Of a DNA stretch of 32,585 bases, positions 1 to 13,400 are shown piece by piece. Position 1 is the stretch's first letter; every line of letters begins with the position of its first letter. The position numbers were made by a program, and so were the translations under genes. The DNA lies in NCBI GenBank assembly GCA_010405405.1, contig MU004234.1:2109441-2142025 (forward strand), read 5' to 3'. This DNA is from Microthyrium microscopicum (Eukaryota). The notes beneath the pieces are model-generated. The model was given only the letters and a program-made list of their open reading frames with translations, was not told the origin of the DNA and searched no databases.

Positions 1-166
1 TAATATCTTTAATATCTTTAATATTTAAAATATTTATTATGTTTCTTATATCTACTATATTTATAATATTCTAGATACTAATATAGGTATAATATAGTAG
101 ATAGCTCTAATTACTATATATAGAGCTACTCTAGAAACTAGCCTTACTAAAATAATTACCTAAATA

Positions 167-202
167 CTTAGAATTATCTAGGATTATCTAGAATTATCTA
201 GA
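167..202. repeat. 10-bp-period array of TCTAG(A/G)ATTA
   Basis: TCTAG at 177, 187 and 197, with a degenerate copy at 167. Confidence 0.85.
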
Positions 203-239
203 AGGATTAGAAGCCTCTACTCGTCCTTATTAGAATTAA

Positions 240-3200
240 ATACTTTACTACGTTATAGTATTAGATCTTAACTTTATAGACTACCTTATTATAGGCGTAT
301 TAAGATTAAGTTTTATAATGCTATACTCTTTTTACTATTATCTATAATCTATACTTCCTTCTCTTAGCTTAAGTCCTTACCTATAAGATAGAATAATAGG
401 GTATAATTTAGATCTTTCTTATTATTAGTAGTATCTATAATATTCTAAGGAGTTAGAAAGCTCTTAAGGTTTAGTAGCTTAGTTTCTATCTATTCTAGTT
501 TAGTAAACTAAATATATATCCTCTCTAGCTAGTCCTTATTACTAGGTTCTATTTATATAATTTATTAGTAATTAGAGCCTATATATTTACTTAAATATAT
601 AAGATTTATCTATTAAGTCTATATAATTAGGATTATTCTACTTATTATCTACTTTATATCTATTATTAGTTAAGAACTTGCTATATAATACTACTTTCTT
701 AGGCTATAAGGTATATCCTTTATATCTATATTGCTTATTAAACCTAGCTTTAGAACTACTTTACTTACGCCCTAAATATTATAGTAGCTTAGAGGAGTCC
801 TAGTTCTTATTATTTTCTTAAGTAGGTAGATTATAATTATCTTTCTATATAAGCTAGGGTTTTGCCTAAATAGTAATATTAGTAAGATTATTATTAGTTT
901 TTTAAAGAACGTACTTTATAAAGCTTATTAATATTATTATAGTTAAAAGTATATATATCTAGTATTAACTCTTATTACTCTTTATATTATACCCTAGTTT
1001 TATATAATATAAAATCTCTAATAGTTTTTTAAATAAGTAAGCTTATTTTTTATTTTAAATAAGGTAGTTATAAGTTCTATTATTTAAGCTATTTTTAATA
1101 ACTTGCTATAGTTACTAGTTAGTATTATATTATTTATTTAATAATCTAAATTACCTTAATATATAGGTAGATTATACTAAAAATTATTAACTTTTTAGAT
1201 AATAGTCTCTATATATAGCTTAATAAGTATATAGATATATATAATAAGTTTACTTAAAAATAGCAATTCTATAGTCTTTATAACTTAGTAGTTTCTAGAA
1301 TATTTCTTATTCTAGCTAAGTATAAGGATTTTATACTTATAACTAGTATGCAAATAGAATAGTAAGTTATTAATAAGAAAGAAGATTATCTTGTTAGTAA
1401 ATAATATATATTCCTAAAGGTATTATTAATATATAGTTATAATTTAGTCTTATTTAAAAATATAAACTTATATAAGGTTTACTCTCTCTATTTTTACTAT
1501 GTTTATATAATCTAGTAAAGTTACTATCTTTTCTTAGTTACTTAGTAAACTTCTATATATCTAGTTTCTTAGTCTTAGGTAATCTTAGAAACGTAGAGTT
1601 AAATAGTACTAACTAGTATATATCTTACTTAATCTAGATATTTAGTAATAATACTTTTAACTATTTAGATATAGTAATTCTATACTAACTAATATAGTAT
1701 TATATTTAAGTAGTTTTTAAAGTTAGCTAAATTCTATATATACTATATTTAAGAAGATATAAGAATAAACTTATATTCCTATAAAATTAATTATATTTAG
1801 ATATAGTTAGTACTTCTAGAATATTAATTACTATAGTTAGGAACTTAGGTAGTACCTTTTCTAGATATACTTTATAATAATAGTTCTAGAGCTTATTACC
1901 TATTATACTTTATTTATTAGTACTATTTTAATAATCTAGCTAGGGATCTAAGTTATACTTACTATTAAGAGTAGCTAAGGTTAGTTTATTTATAGTTAAT
2001 CTAATAACTCTATTATTATATAGACCTTAGCTTAGTATAGGTTCTTATTTACTTTTTCTTATAGGTAAACGTAAACCCTATAATAGACTAGATTTATTAA
2101 TAAGGTTATTAGTATTATAATAATAAGCTTAGAGAGAAATAGTTGTTTAAAGGCTATATATAGCTACTAAGGTATAGAAATTAGTAGACTAGATTATATA
2201 GATTATAAAGAAAGCCTATCTATATTTATACTATATATAAAGTAATTACTAAGAAGATAATTACCTAAGCTAAAAATAGATATTTAGTTTATATTAGAAG
2301 GTAGTAGGTTATATATTTATACTTATCTTAGTTTTTATAAATAAAAATAACCTAATATAGTATCTTTATTATTTATAACTTAAAAAGAGCTATAGTTAGA
2401 AGAATTTATTTTAATACTATTATATTAGCTTATATATATAATAAGGTAGAGGCAAAATAGAATAAAAGAGATAGATACTAGTATATTATATAATACTATA
2501 TTACTTATTAAGCTTTTTTAAGTAATTACGTTACTATAACTAGTAAGGTAAAGAGAAGAAGTTTCTAGAATAGTCTAAAACTTATATATCTATTAGTATT
2601 TATTAGCTTTCTAAATAAATTTAGATAAATAAATAGTAGAAATACTTAGCTACTACTAAAAGACTTATCTAAGGTACTTATAGGTCTTATATCCTAGGTA
2701 GCTTTTAGAGCTTTATTAGAAGTAGTATTTAATACTATATAGGAATTACGACTTAGTTAATATTTAATAGGAATTATTCTTTTAGAAATTATTAAGCTAG
2801 TTTTTAGATAGTTAAATAAGCCTAACTTAGAATTTAAGGCTTAGAGTTTATTAGTGCCTCTAGATTTATAAGCACTATTTTACTTAATAGTAGTACCTTT
2901 AACTTATATCTACTTAGTTAGGTCTAAAAACTCTATTTATTTATCTAGCTAGTAGGCAATTATTATATTAGCTAATATTTAGTTTAGTAAGTATATTTAG
3001 AATATATTATATTAGTATTAGACGTTTACTTTATAAAGTTTATTCTATTTTATTTATTATAGCTTAAAAGGTCTTAAGCTGTAGGGTCTTATAATAGAGG
3101 TCTACTATTCTTAGTAAAGAAGAATATATAAATTAGAATTTAATAAAAGTAAATTATAGGCTAGGAAAATATATATAGTAGTTTACTTAACCTTATTTCT

Positions 3201-3300
3201 CTTTATACCTTAACCTTTATAAGCTCTTATAAGCTTATTCTTCGTCTTACTTTTTATAATATTACTTTACTCTACTAAATTTATTATAGTTTTATTAACT
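240..3300 (-). pseudogene. RIP-degraded ORF(s) of unknown product
   Basis: Minus-strand frames read protein-like for hundreds of codons when TAA/TAG are treated as Q/W (e.g. 2940-2100 and 2040-1260). No family motif was recognised, and frame changes or introns are likely. Confidence 0.4.
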
Positions 3301-3689
3301 TAGTATAGGCTTACTTAAGAAGTTATATTATATATAAAATATATTATTAAAATTTAAATATTAAAGTAAAGTAGTAGTAAGAATTTAATAAGTATAATAT
3401 TATAATAAAGATTACTAGGTATATAGATATTCTAATAGAAATATATAATTAGTAGAATTTTAGATAAGTATAGTAAAGAATAAGAAGTAGATTGTATAGA
3501 ATAATAAAGAAAGAAAATAATATTTTAAAAGTTATACTATATAATATATAAAAGATATTAGTACTAGGACTAATCCTAGTAGCGTTTCTTATTACTTTTT
3601 AACTCTTAACTAACGTAGTATATGCTAAGTATACGTAAAGGTTATATTCTTAAAACTTGTTTAGCTATTATTATTAGTTTTTATTAAAT

Positions 3690-4170
3690 AGGCTATTCTA
3701 AGGACTATATAAAAGGGGTAAGAGAAGGTAAGTTATATTAAGCTATTTCTATATTACGTTATATTAATATAAGAGGTTAAACTAAAGTAGATTATAGGAT
3801 CCTATTTAGCTATTACTTTCTATTATTATTAGATTTATTAATTCTAAGGCTATATAAAAGGGGCTAGAGATTATTAAGTTATACTAAGTAATTTCTATAC
3901 TATATTATATTAAAGTAGAGGCTAGGTAGTAATTCTATATTATAAAATTAGGTTTAGCTTACTATTATATTTAATTATTATCTAATGCGTTAATTATTAT
4001 ATATACTAATTCTTAGGCTATATAAAAAAGGCCTAAGATTATAAGCTTATACTAAGCTATTTTTATATCTCCTTATATTAAAGTAGAGGCTAGGTATTAA
4101 TCTATATTATAAAGTTATATTTAGCTATATTAATTTATATTATAAAGTTGTATTTAGCTATTATACTAAT
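3690..4170 (-). repeat. Three diverged repeats of about 145-170 bp
   Basis: The anchor CTATATAAAA occurs at 3705, 3850 and 4018. Each is followed by similar TAAG(C/T)xATTT and TATATTAA...AGAGG blocks. Confidence 0.7.
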
Positions 4171-5354
4171 ATATTATTAAATATATAAATAAGCTTAAGT
4201 ATTATATAAGGTAGGTAGAAGATTTATAGTTTATAGTTAGTAATAATAGGATAAGCTAAATCTAAATAGTTAAATAGAAGTTAGTATTAGACTTATACTA
4301 TTTCCTATAAGAATATCTTAATTGCTACTCTATTAAGCTACTAAAAGTTTATATTCTTTTTTATTACTATTATACTACTATAATAAGTAAAATACTAGCT
4401 ACTACTATTACTTCTCTTATATAAAATAAGTTAATTATTTACTAAATTATTCTAGAAATATATAAATATATTTAGCTACTAACCTTTACTAGCTAGAGTA
4501 AGCTTATCTAGTTTATATAAGGGGATACTTTTAATAAAGAGGCTAGTATTAAACTTCTTAATTACTTTATTTAAGTAACTAGTTTATTAGTAATTACTAT
4601 TACGTTATTTTATAATGACTAGTTTATTTTTCTTAATTATAAGTAAGCTATAAAAGCTACCTTTATTACTAATTAAGCTAATATAGAGTCTAAACTTATA
4701 GAGTTTATAAGTCCTAAAGTACTATATTAGTTATTATCTTTATATATATTAATAAATAATAGTTAGATACTAGGTATTGCTATGCTTATAGTTTACGCTT
4801 ATTTAATAAGTTTAGACCCTTCTATTATTATATAATAGTTTAATTTTAATTCTATATATTAAACCTAGTAAGATATTAGTTAATTATTATAGTACTAATT
4901 ATAGGCACTATTCTAACCTTCTATAGATAATTGCTTAATCTATATATTATATAACTATTTACTTTCTTATAAATATAGTAGTAAATATATTAACTATATA
5001 TAGACTAGCTATACTTTAATAAGTTATATTAATTCTATAGAAACTTGCTATAAGGTATATAAGAGGATGCTAAAGAATAGTATTCTAATAATTCTATAAT
5101 ATATAGATAATCCTCTATATATATAAGCTTATTAGCTAGTTAGTACTATTAGATAGAACTTAATATTTATAATACTATAGAATACTATTTCTTAGTTAAA
5201 TCTTACTAGTATATAGAAAATAGGTAATACTTTCTAGTTTTATTAGACAAAACTACTAAACCTAGCTAATATATACTAAAAGTCTAATTAAGATACTTTC
5301 TTAGTATTAGAATTACTAATAATTATTAACTCTAACTTATTAGATACTACTTTA

Positions 5355-5712
5355 AAGTTAGAGTTATAGGCTTCTTCTATTATAAAGCTTAAGGCTTCTA
5401 TTAAATAATTACTAGATTAGGAATTATAATAAGTACTTTATTTTATAATTCTTATTAAATAACTTTTAGAACTAGAGTTATAAGCTTTATTTATTATAAA
5501 GCTTAAGGCTTCTATTAAATAAGCTTTAGACTTAGAGTTATAGGCTCTTTTCTTTATAAAGCTTAAGACTTTTATTAAATAAGCTCTAGATCTAGAGTTA
5601 TAGGCTCTTTCTATTATAAAGCTTAAAGCTCCTATTAAATAAGCTCTAAGCCTAGAGTTATAGGCTACTTTTATTATAAAGCTTAAGGACTTTATTAAAT
5701 AAGCTCTAAAGT
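5355..5712 (-). repeat. 60-bp (20-codon) tandem repeat, four in register plus one displaced copy
   Basis: ATAAAGCTTAA at 5496, 5556, 5616 and 5676, plus a displaced copy at 5382. Confidence 0.92.
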
Positions 5713-6559
5713 ATTTTATTAAAACTAAGTTATAATTATTTCTTTAATCTAAGATAGAGGCTAGCTCTTAAGTTTTATTAAAAGCTTCTATTAAGCCTAA
5801 TATAGAGCTACTTTTTAATACTAAGCTTAAGGCATTTTTTAAAGCTAGAATAGATACTACTATATTAAGAATTAAAATATAGCCTAATCCTTAGGTATTT
5901 AATAAACCTATGCCTAATTAACTTATAGTACTATCTACTATCTATATTAAGTAGCTAGTAGACTCTAAATACTATTAATTTAATAGATATATATAGATAT
6001 ATTAAGAAGATAACTAGTTTACTATATAGAAGTAGTAAAATAAGTAATATACTCTAGAAAGTAAAAAAGTACTTAAATTAAAGCTAAGGTTTAGATTAGT
6101 ATATATAGAGATTTAATATTTAAGGCTAACCTATTCTACTAAGCTATTAAGATCTAATACTAATTTATTTTGCCTAAAGAATATTTACTTTATTAATTAT
6201 AAAATTATAAAGCTAAGTTTTAACTTAGGAATTAAGTATTCTAGTATACCTTAGTATCTTACTTATAATAATTAATATTATGCTTTATTTTAATTATTAG
6301 TATATTTCCTAAGTTAAAAAGGAAGAAAGAACTTATAATAGTCTAAAGATTATATAGTAATAGATTATATTTTATCTCTTAATTTATTTTATTACTTTAA
6401 ATTTAGTAGTTTGTTACCTAATTAATATAGTACTATTAATTACTCTATAAAATAAAACTTTACTATTAATAAGAGTTCTCTTTATTTAATTAAATTTATA
6501 AAAAAGTAAAAGCTCTTTATATTACCTATACTTAAAGAATTCTCTAAGGAACTTAACTA

Positions 6560-7270
6560 TAGTATTATAATTTAGAGTATTAGTATTTTTCCTAGAACTA
6601 TTATAGCTACTATTTATAAACTTTCTATAGTCTAGAGTATAAATATAGTTACTTACTACTTTATAAATATATATTTATATATTTATAACTATTAAGAAGG
6701 AGTTAGAATCTAGAAGTATATATAGCTATATCTTAGGTTGCGTATTATTATAATCCTAAGATTATTTTAATTCTTTTAGCCTTAAGCTCTAGGAAGATAC
6801 TAATAGAGTTTTATTAGTAATAGACTTTATCTATTATTAATAGATACTTAAAGTTAGAATAGGGGTTTACTTATATATATTCTAAGTTTAGGCTTTTATT
6901 TATTTTTATTAGTATATATTTTATTAATAATAATAGACTAATATAAGAAGTAATCTTTATTATTTATCTTTATATATAGCTTTATTATGCCTTATACTTA
7001 GCTAACGTAATCTTCTAATATATAGATAGCCTTATTTAGCTAGTAGTTATATACTTAGGTATTATATAATATTAGTAATTATCTTTTACTTTTCTTTATA
7101 TATATTATAGTTATTAAGACTATAGTATAAGTCTTAAAGTTACTTCTTTATAGCTATAGCTAATTAGATATATTTATTTAAGTTTATATTAAGTTGTTAT
7201 ATTAGCTCTTTTTTAGTTATATTTAGATACTTCTTTAAGCTATTCTACTATTTAACTATATTATCTTTTA
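6560..7270 (-). pseudogene. Possible small RIP-degraded ORF, unknown product
   Basis: Protein-like minus frame across 7260-7020. No motif recognised. Confidence 0.25.
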
Positions 7271-7688
7271 AAAGTCTAACTATAATATAAAGAAGTTATT
7301 AAGTAAGGAGAATAGTATAAGATTAGAGTTAGAATAGAGAGAATATACTAAAGATTAATAATAAGTATATTATAAGGATTAGGAGTTATAAATTTATTAT
7401 AATATAGAAAGGGAAATATAAGGAAAATATATTATAGTAGTACTTAAATAGTTAGAAATGCGTTATTACTTAGGACTATATACTACTTATAACTAGATTT
7501 ATTAGTTCTAAGGGCCTATATATTAAGCCTATAAATATTTTTATACTACTAGAAGAAGACTTATAGACTTATATTTAGGTTAGTAGCTATAGTTAGATTA
7601 TATTTATATATAAGATATAAAGTAAGTAGTAGTATTTAGTATTAATAATATAATAAAGTAAATATTCTTTAAGATTATATAAGATATT

Positions 7689-7733
7689 TTTAAAAATTTC
7701 TAAACTTATCTAGACTTTTTAGACTTTTTTAAA
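7689..7733. repeat. 9-10-bp-period array of T(C/T)TA(G/A)A
   Basis: TTTAAA 7689, TCTAAA 7699, TCTAGA 7709, TTTAGA 7718, TTTAAA 7728. Confidence 0.55.
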
Positions 7734-7739
7734 TATACT

Positions 7740-8450
7740 ATTATTTAAGACCTATATACTTTTAGGGAAGGTTACTTTATAAATATATTTATAGCTTAGA
7801 ATTACTACCTTTATATTTCTTATATTATAATATATAGTATTATAGATTTTATTCTCTAGTATAATAAGTTAGCTAATAGTTATAACTATTCTAATACTAT
7901 AGAGTTATAGCCTTTATATTATTATAGTTTTATTTTATAACTTATTATTTAGTATATTTACTATACTTAGATAGTAACTAAGTCTAGTATATAAATTCTA
8001 AAGAGTAATATCTATTTTAGATATAGTTAAGGTATTTTATATCTTATTATAATAAAGGTCTAAATAGTAGATTATTCTTAGCTTTTTCTAGTAACTAGCT
8101 TCCTATATATTAATATCTTATAAGCTTCTATTATTAATATAAAGTTTCTAGTAATAACTTACTTACTAGTCTTATAATTTAAAGAATTATATATTTATAA
8201 AATAGACTATGCTTACTAGGATAAAGAGGATTATATAGATAGTAGTTTAGATATTCTAGCTTATTTATTATTAGCTCTTTATATTTAAAATTGTTAATAG
8301 CTATATAGTTTTACTTATAGGATTATTATTCTTATTTCTATTAAGTTAAGGAATATTAGTACTAAAAGATATATTATAATAATAAAGCCTCTAGTTATAA
8401 TCTTCTACTTCTAAGAGTAAATCTATAGTAATAGCTTTAGGTTTAGTAAC
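7740..8450 (-). pseudogene. Possible RIP-degraded ORF, unknown product
   Basis: Protein-like minus frame across 8220-7740. No motif recognised. Confidence 0.25.
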
Positions 8451-9239
8451 TCTAATAAATTAATAAAGGAGTTAGTAATTATTATTATTATTCTATTCTT
8501 ATTTAAAAGTAAGGTAAGTAAATTAAGAGTACGCTATAAAGCTTAAGAACTATTTATAGCTATCTATATATAGTTACTACTATATAATAAGTTTATCTTA
8601 AATAGATATTATTATAGGCTTTAATATAACTAGTTTATTTATAATTAGTATTAATTAAATAATAAGAGGTAGTATAAATAAAATAAAAGTCTAATAGCTA
8701 TTTTATATAAAGTAGACTTATAATAAGATTATATCTTTTCTTTATTATAGTAATTAAAAGCCTTAATATATTACTTAAGATACTATATTACGTTCTAAAT
8801 TTTATATTATATAATTTATTATAAACTCTATAGCTTCTTATAAATATAATTCTACTAAGTACTTTATTTATAAAGTGCTAAAGGTAAGTACCTAAGTACG
8901 TATAGTTTTTAATATTTTTTAAGTTATTTCTATTAAGGTAAATAAAAAGTATACCTACTTAGAGGTAAATAGGAATAATATAAGAAGAAAATATAATATA
9001 CTTAAATATTTTAGATTTAATAACTTTAGTTAATATTATACTTTCTTAGTAAAAATTAAAAGCTTTTTTATTTTTAATAGATAATAATATTTTATAATAT
9101 AGACTAGGTTATACTAATTAATTTATAAAGTATACTAATAAAACTAAATAGTAATAATTACTATTTAGTTCTTTACTTAAAGCGCTAATCTTTTCTATTT
9201 TAATTTCTAGCCTAAATATAATTAATAGTAATAATTTAG

Positions 9240-10450
9240 ACTTTTATTACTCTTAAATTATTATATTAGCTTAGTTTTATAGCTAATTATAATAGTCTAG
9301 TTATTCTTTACTTTTATTTACTATATTTCTTCTTTTTTTACTTTCTATTTTACTTATTTCTTTTTCTTTTCTTTCTTTTTCTTTTATTCTTTATTTTTCT
9401 TACTTATAATTTTTTTTTTCTTTTTTTTCTTTTTATTTACTACTCTAAGATATAGGTAAAGAAAATAGTAGTAATAGTATTAATATAGTAAATAGTTTTA
9501 TAATTAAGGCTTATCTTATCTTAGTAGACTCTACTCTTCTTTTCTTAAGAATAATATCTTAATCTTTATACTAATTAATATATATTTAATATAAAGGTAT
9601 AGTTACTATAAATAGAAAAAGATAAGTAGTAGAAAAGAGAATAAGAAACCTTAAAGCTTAGTAGTAATTTTAAGTTTAGAACCTTATATAACTTTTTTAA
9701 TAGTTAATTAGATTCTTAGATTTTAAGAGTAGTAAGGTAATCTCTCTTATTAAATATACCTATAGCTTAAGATTCTATTTCCTTTAATTGCTACTTTTAA
9801 TTATTATCTCTTTTATAACTTATCTTATTGTTTACTATATATCTTCTATAGATAAGTATATTTAGAATATTTAAGGTTATATTAGAGAGCTTTCTAATAT
9901 AGAGATTAGAATCTTTAAAATAAAAAAGTATAGATAAAGAAAATTATTTAAGCTTTTAGAACTAATATTATTAATTAACTTTAATATAGTAATTATAGGT
10001 TCTATATAATAACTTTTAGTTTCTACTTAGTAAAGAGTATTTTATATCTTAAATTCTAGACCTTTTTAGCCTTTTTAGCTACTACCTTAACCTTATTTTT
10101 AAGTATAGTTTTCTTTAATAAGTTAGTAACTTTTTTTATCTTAGTTTTCTTCTTTAACTAAGCCTTCTTTATAGCCTTTTTTATAACCTTTTTTACGTAC
10201 TTCTTTATTTTCTTTACGTTCTCTAGTTTCTTTATATTCTTAGCCTTTAAGTAGAGATATAAAATATAGTAAGCTTATTCTTAGTAGAGTAAATAATTAC
10301 GTAGCTATAGCTTTATATTTATAGGATAATTAGTTTATACTTAATTATTTTAAAAGATTATAGTTCTTACTCTTAATTTTATTTATATCTTAAGTATTAC
10401 TTTACTCTTCTTTAGACTTCTTAAAAATTAGCCTAGGGTATTCTAAGTAG
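9240..10450 (-). pseudogene. RIP-degraded ORF with a K/E/A-rich predicted coiled-coil
   Basis: Minus strand 10260-10020 reads LKAKNIKKLENVKKIKKYVKKVIKKAIKKA... (many K are probably former E). A purine-rich minus-strand tract lies at 9320-9440. Confidence 0.4.
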
Positions 10451-13400
10451 GTCTAATTAAAGTATAATAGTATCTACCTAAGTAAATTTTAATAAGAAAT
10501 ATAAAAAGGATAGGTTACTATAACTAGAATAAGTATATATTAAAGTATGTATCTAAATAAAGCTAATTATAGAGAAGTATAATTATAGTTAATATATTAA
10601 GATTAAATGCTATTTAAATCTAGATACTATATTAAGTTTCTTAAGGTTTATATATTTATATAAGCTTATTAAGTTTATAGGAGCTTAACTAAGTTTATAG
10701 ATTATTTTAGTATAAGAAATAATATAATATTTATAATTATTAGTAATAGATATAATACTAAAATAGATAAAGATATTAGGTATAAAGATAGAGTTAAATA
10801 AGTAAGCTAGGAATTAAAACTAGTAATAGTTATTATAAGTAAGTCTTAGATTTAGATAGTAAAGTTACTTAGACTAATAGTTTATTATTAAGGTTATAAA
10901 AGGATATAGCTTTTCTTATCTAATTAAATAGAACTTAATACCTTAAGTTTAAGCCTTCTTAATCTCTAGTTCCTTATCTCTATTTTTTTTTATCTTTCCT
11001 TTTTTTATTATCTTTTCCTTAGCTTTTAGATATAGATAAAGTAGATAATAGAATTAATTCTAGTAAAGAAGATAGTTATATAACTAGATTTTTTTTAGTT
11101 TATCTAAGTATATTAATAATACTAGTATTATAATATAGTATAATTTATTAACCTTTTACTAATAAAGATAATAGATTTATTTATAAAAAAGCTAAAGTTA
11201 AAAGACTAAATTACTAATTTTTGTTTTTAAAGGAGTTCTAATATTATAAATAAATAGGAGGAAGATTAATAGAATACCTTATTAGAATGTTAGCTTAGAT
11301 TATTAATTACTTAATAGTATAGATAATATAGCTTTATAATTCTTTCTAAGCTTTTTACTTAAGATTCTAGTAGGAGCTATAGAAACTAATAGTACTATAT
11401 TATTTATTTTATAAGTTAATATTATTAGGAAGGAAGGATATAAGTAGAATAGTATTTATAAATAAATATAGCTAAGTTATATCTTATAGATATATATTAA
11501 AAGATATTTAGCTAAATAGATACTTTATAAGCTATAAGGTATTATTATCTATCCTTATTATTTTTTTATCTCTCTCTAGATTCTTTTAGCTACTAGATAT
11601 ATCTATTAGTCTAGTTAAGATATTTAGATTTACTATAAAGGTATATTTTATATATTAATAGTAATAATATTAACTTTAAGTATATTTTCTAATATTCTAT
11701 ATTATTAATAATTTAATAGTAGTACTTTAATCCTTATTATAAACTAAATTAATTATATATAAAGTTGTTTATTAAATTTGTTATTTCTAAGCTTTGTCTT
11801 AATTATAACTAAACTCTTTTTAATATTTTAGTATATATTATTTTTAATATTCTTTAGGTATTTTTATATCTCTTTTATAAATAGAGAAGCTAGGGCTTCC
11901 TTAGGTTAAGATACTAGTTTAGTTAACTTAGACTAAGTTAGTCCTAATTTAAGATATATCTATAAATTTTTAAGTCTTATTAGTTATACTACTTAACCTT
12001 TAGAATAAGCCTTTATAAAACCTATAGTATTTAACTAAAGCTTATTAATATTCTATAATAGTATATTAATTAGATTATTATCTAAGTATAATACGTTAAT
12101 TAAGATATACTTTACTATATTACTTACTTAAAGAACTTTTTTAATACTCTAAGTCTAATTACTTAGTAATATTAGAATAGACATTATAATTAGATACTTT
12201 ACTTACTACTAGTTACTTCTAGTACTATAGCTACTATATATTTTAACTAAAACCTAAATATTCTTATTAAAGAAGTATTTACTTACTCTTAATAGCGTTT
12301 AATTACTTATAGTAGACTTTAGAATATTTTAGAAGAAGTAATAGATATTAGCTTTATTATATAAGGACGAGCTAGTTCTTAAATAGCTTACTTTAATTAA
12401 AAATAACTTTTTACTTAATATACTAGTTTTGCTAAAATAAAGTACTTAGAAATTAAATTTCTTAATTATATATTAAAGTGTTACTATAATTATACTAGTA
12501 GAAGTAGGATACTTTATAATAATTAAGACCTTACCTTATTATAAGCCTTATTTTTTTTACTCTCTATTAAGAAAGTACGTTTCTAGGTTAGTATAGACCT
12601 TTTTAATAATATTTACTATATACTATATTTAAATGCTTATTTTTAGAAACTAAGGAGCTTTTTTAATAAAGAGATTATTCTTAGGCTTAGCTAGTTTCTT
12701 AGAGTTAAGCTTTAGAAATAGGCTACTATTAATTCTTACTAGTACGTAATAGAGATTATCTTTAGCTTATTCTTTAATTTTCTTTACTTATTTTAATATT
12801 AATAGATAGGGTACCTTAATAATAAGTCTATAATATATAATCTTAATAAAGGTTTAGTAGACTATATAGTTAGCTAGCCTAGCTTATATTTATTTAGCTT
12901 AATATAGTTTACTTTTATACTAAGTGCTAAAGTTATTAATAGTAGTTATTCTTAGTTTATTTATTTATATTACTATGTATTTATTAAGCTTATTTATAAA
13001 CTATATTATCTCTAAGTCTATTATATTAATAATAATAAGTCCTATTTTATTTAAAAGTAGTATAATATACTTTTAACTAAAAAGCTCTATATTTATTATA
13101 TAGTAGAATTTAAATAAGGTATATATACTAGCTAAAGTAGCGCTTACTTAGGCTTATTCTCTTATAAGCTATTTCTCTTCTCTTTTATTAAGATACTTAT
13201 ATAATCTTATATTTTTTATAATAAGTATAATAATCTAACTAGAAATAGCATTAAGTAATAAAAGAGTAAATAATATATAGTTATTAATAAAGATTACCTA
13301 ATCTTTCTTTAATTTCTATTTAAGAAACTCCTTAATGTCTTTATTAGTATTAGAGAAGTAAATATATTATATATTTACTAAGTAAGTAATTAGGTTTAGT

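Larger units (their letters stand above)
3560..5960 (-). pseudogene. RIP-degraded ORF with N-terminal 20-aa G/S/A/Y-type repeats, a central non-repetitive region and a Q-rich repeated C-terminus
   Basis: One minus frame is stop-free across the 60-bp repeats (RAYNSRSRAYLIGALSFIIE as written). A protein-like frame runs through 5340-4500, and stop-rich (former Gln) repeats lie at 3690-4170. Confidence 0.5.

Noticed and set aside
1..210. Element terminus or TIR at the window start
   Set aside because: Short tandem motifs are present, but no matching inverted end, TSD or transition to GC-balanced host DNA is visible.
1340..1520. TET/JBP 2OG-Fe(II) dioxygenase-like segment (LYKHSKN...ILIIPLGIYIIY)
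   Set aside because: The resemblance is only loose. There is no convincing HxD...H...R spacing, and a competing frame is equally open.
8500..9200. Plus-strand spliced gene suggested by AAG/GTAAGT at 8511 and 8881
   Set aside because: Donor-like sites alone are insufficient, and I could not build a consistent exon chain or find a motif.
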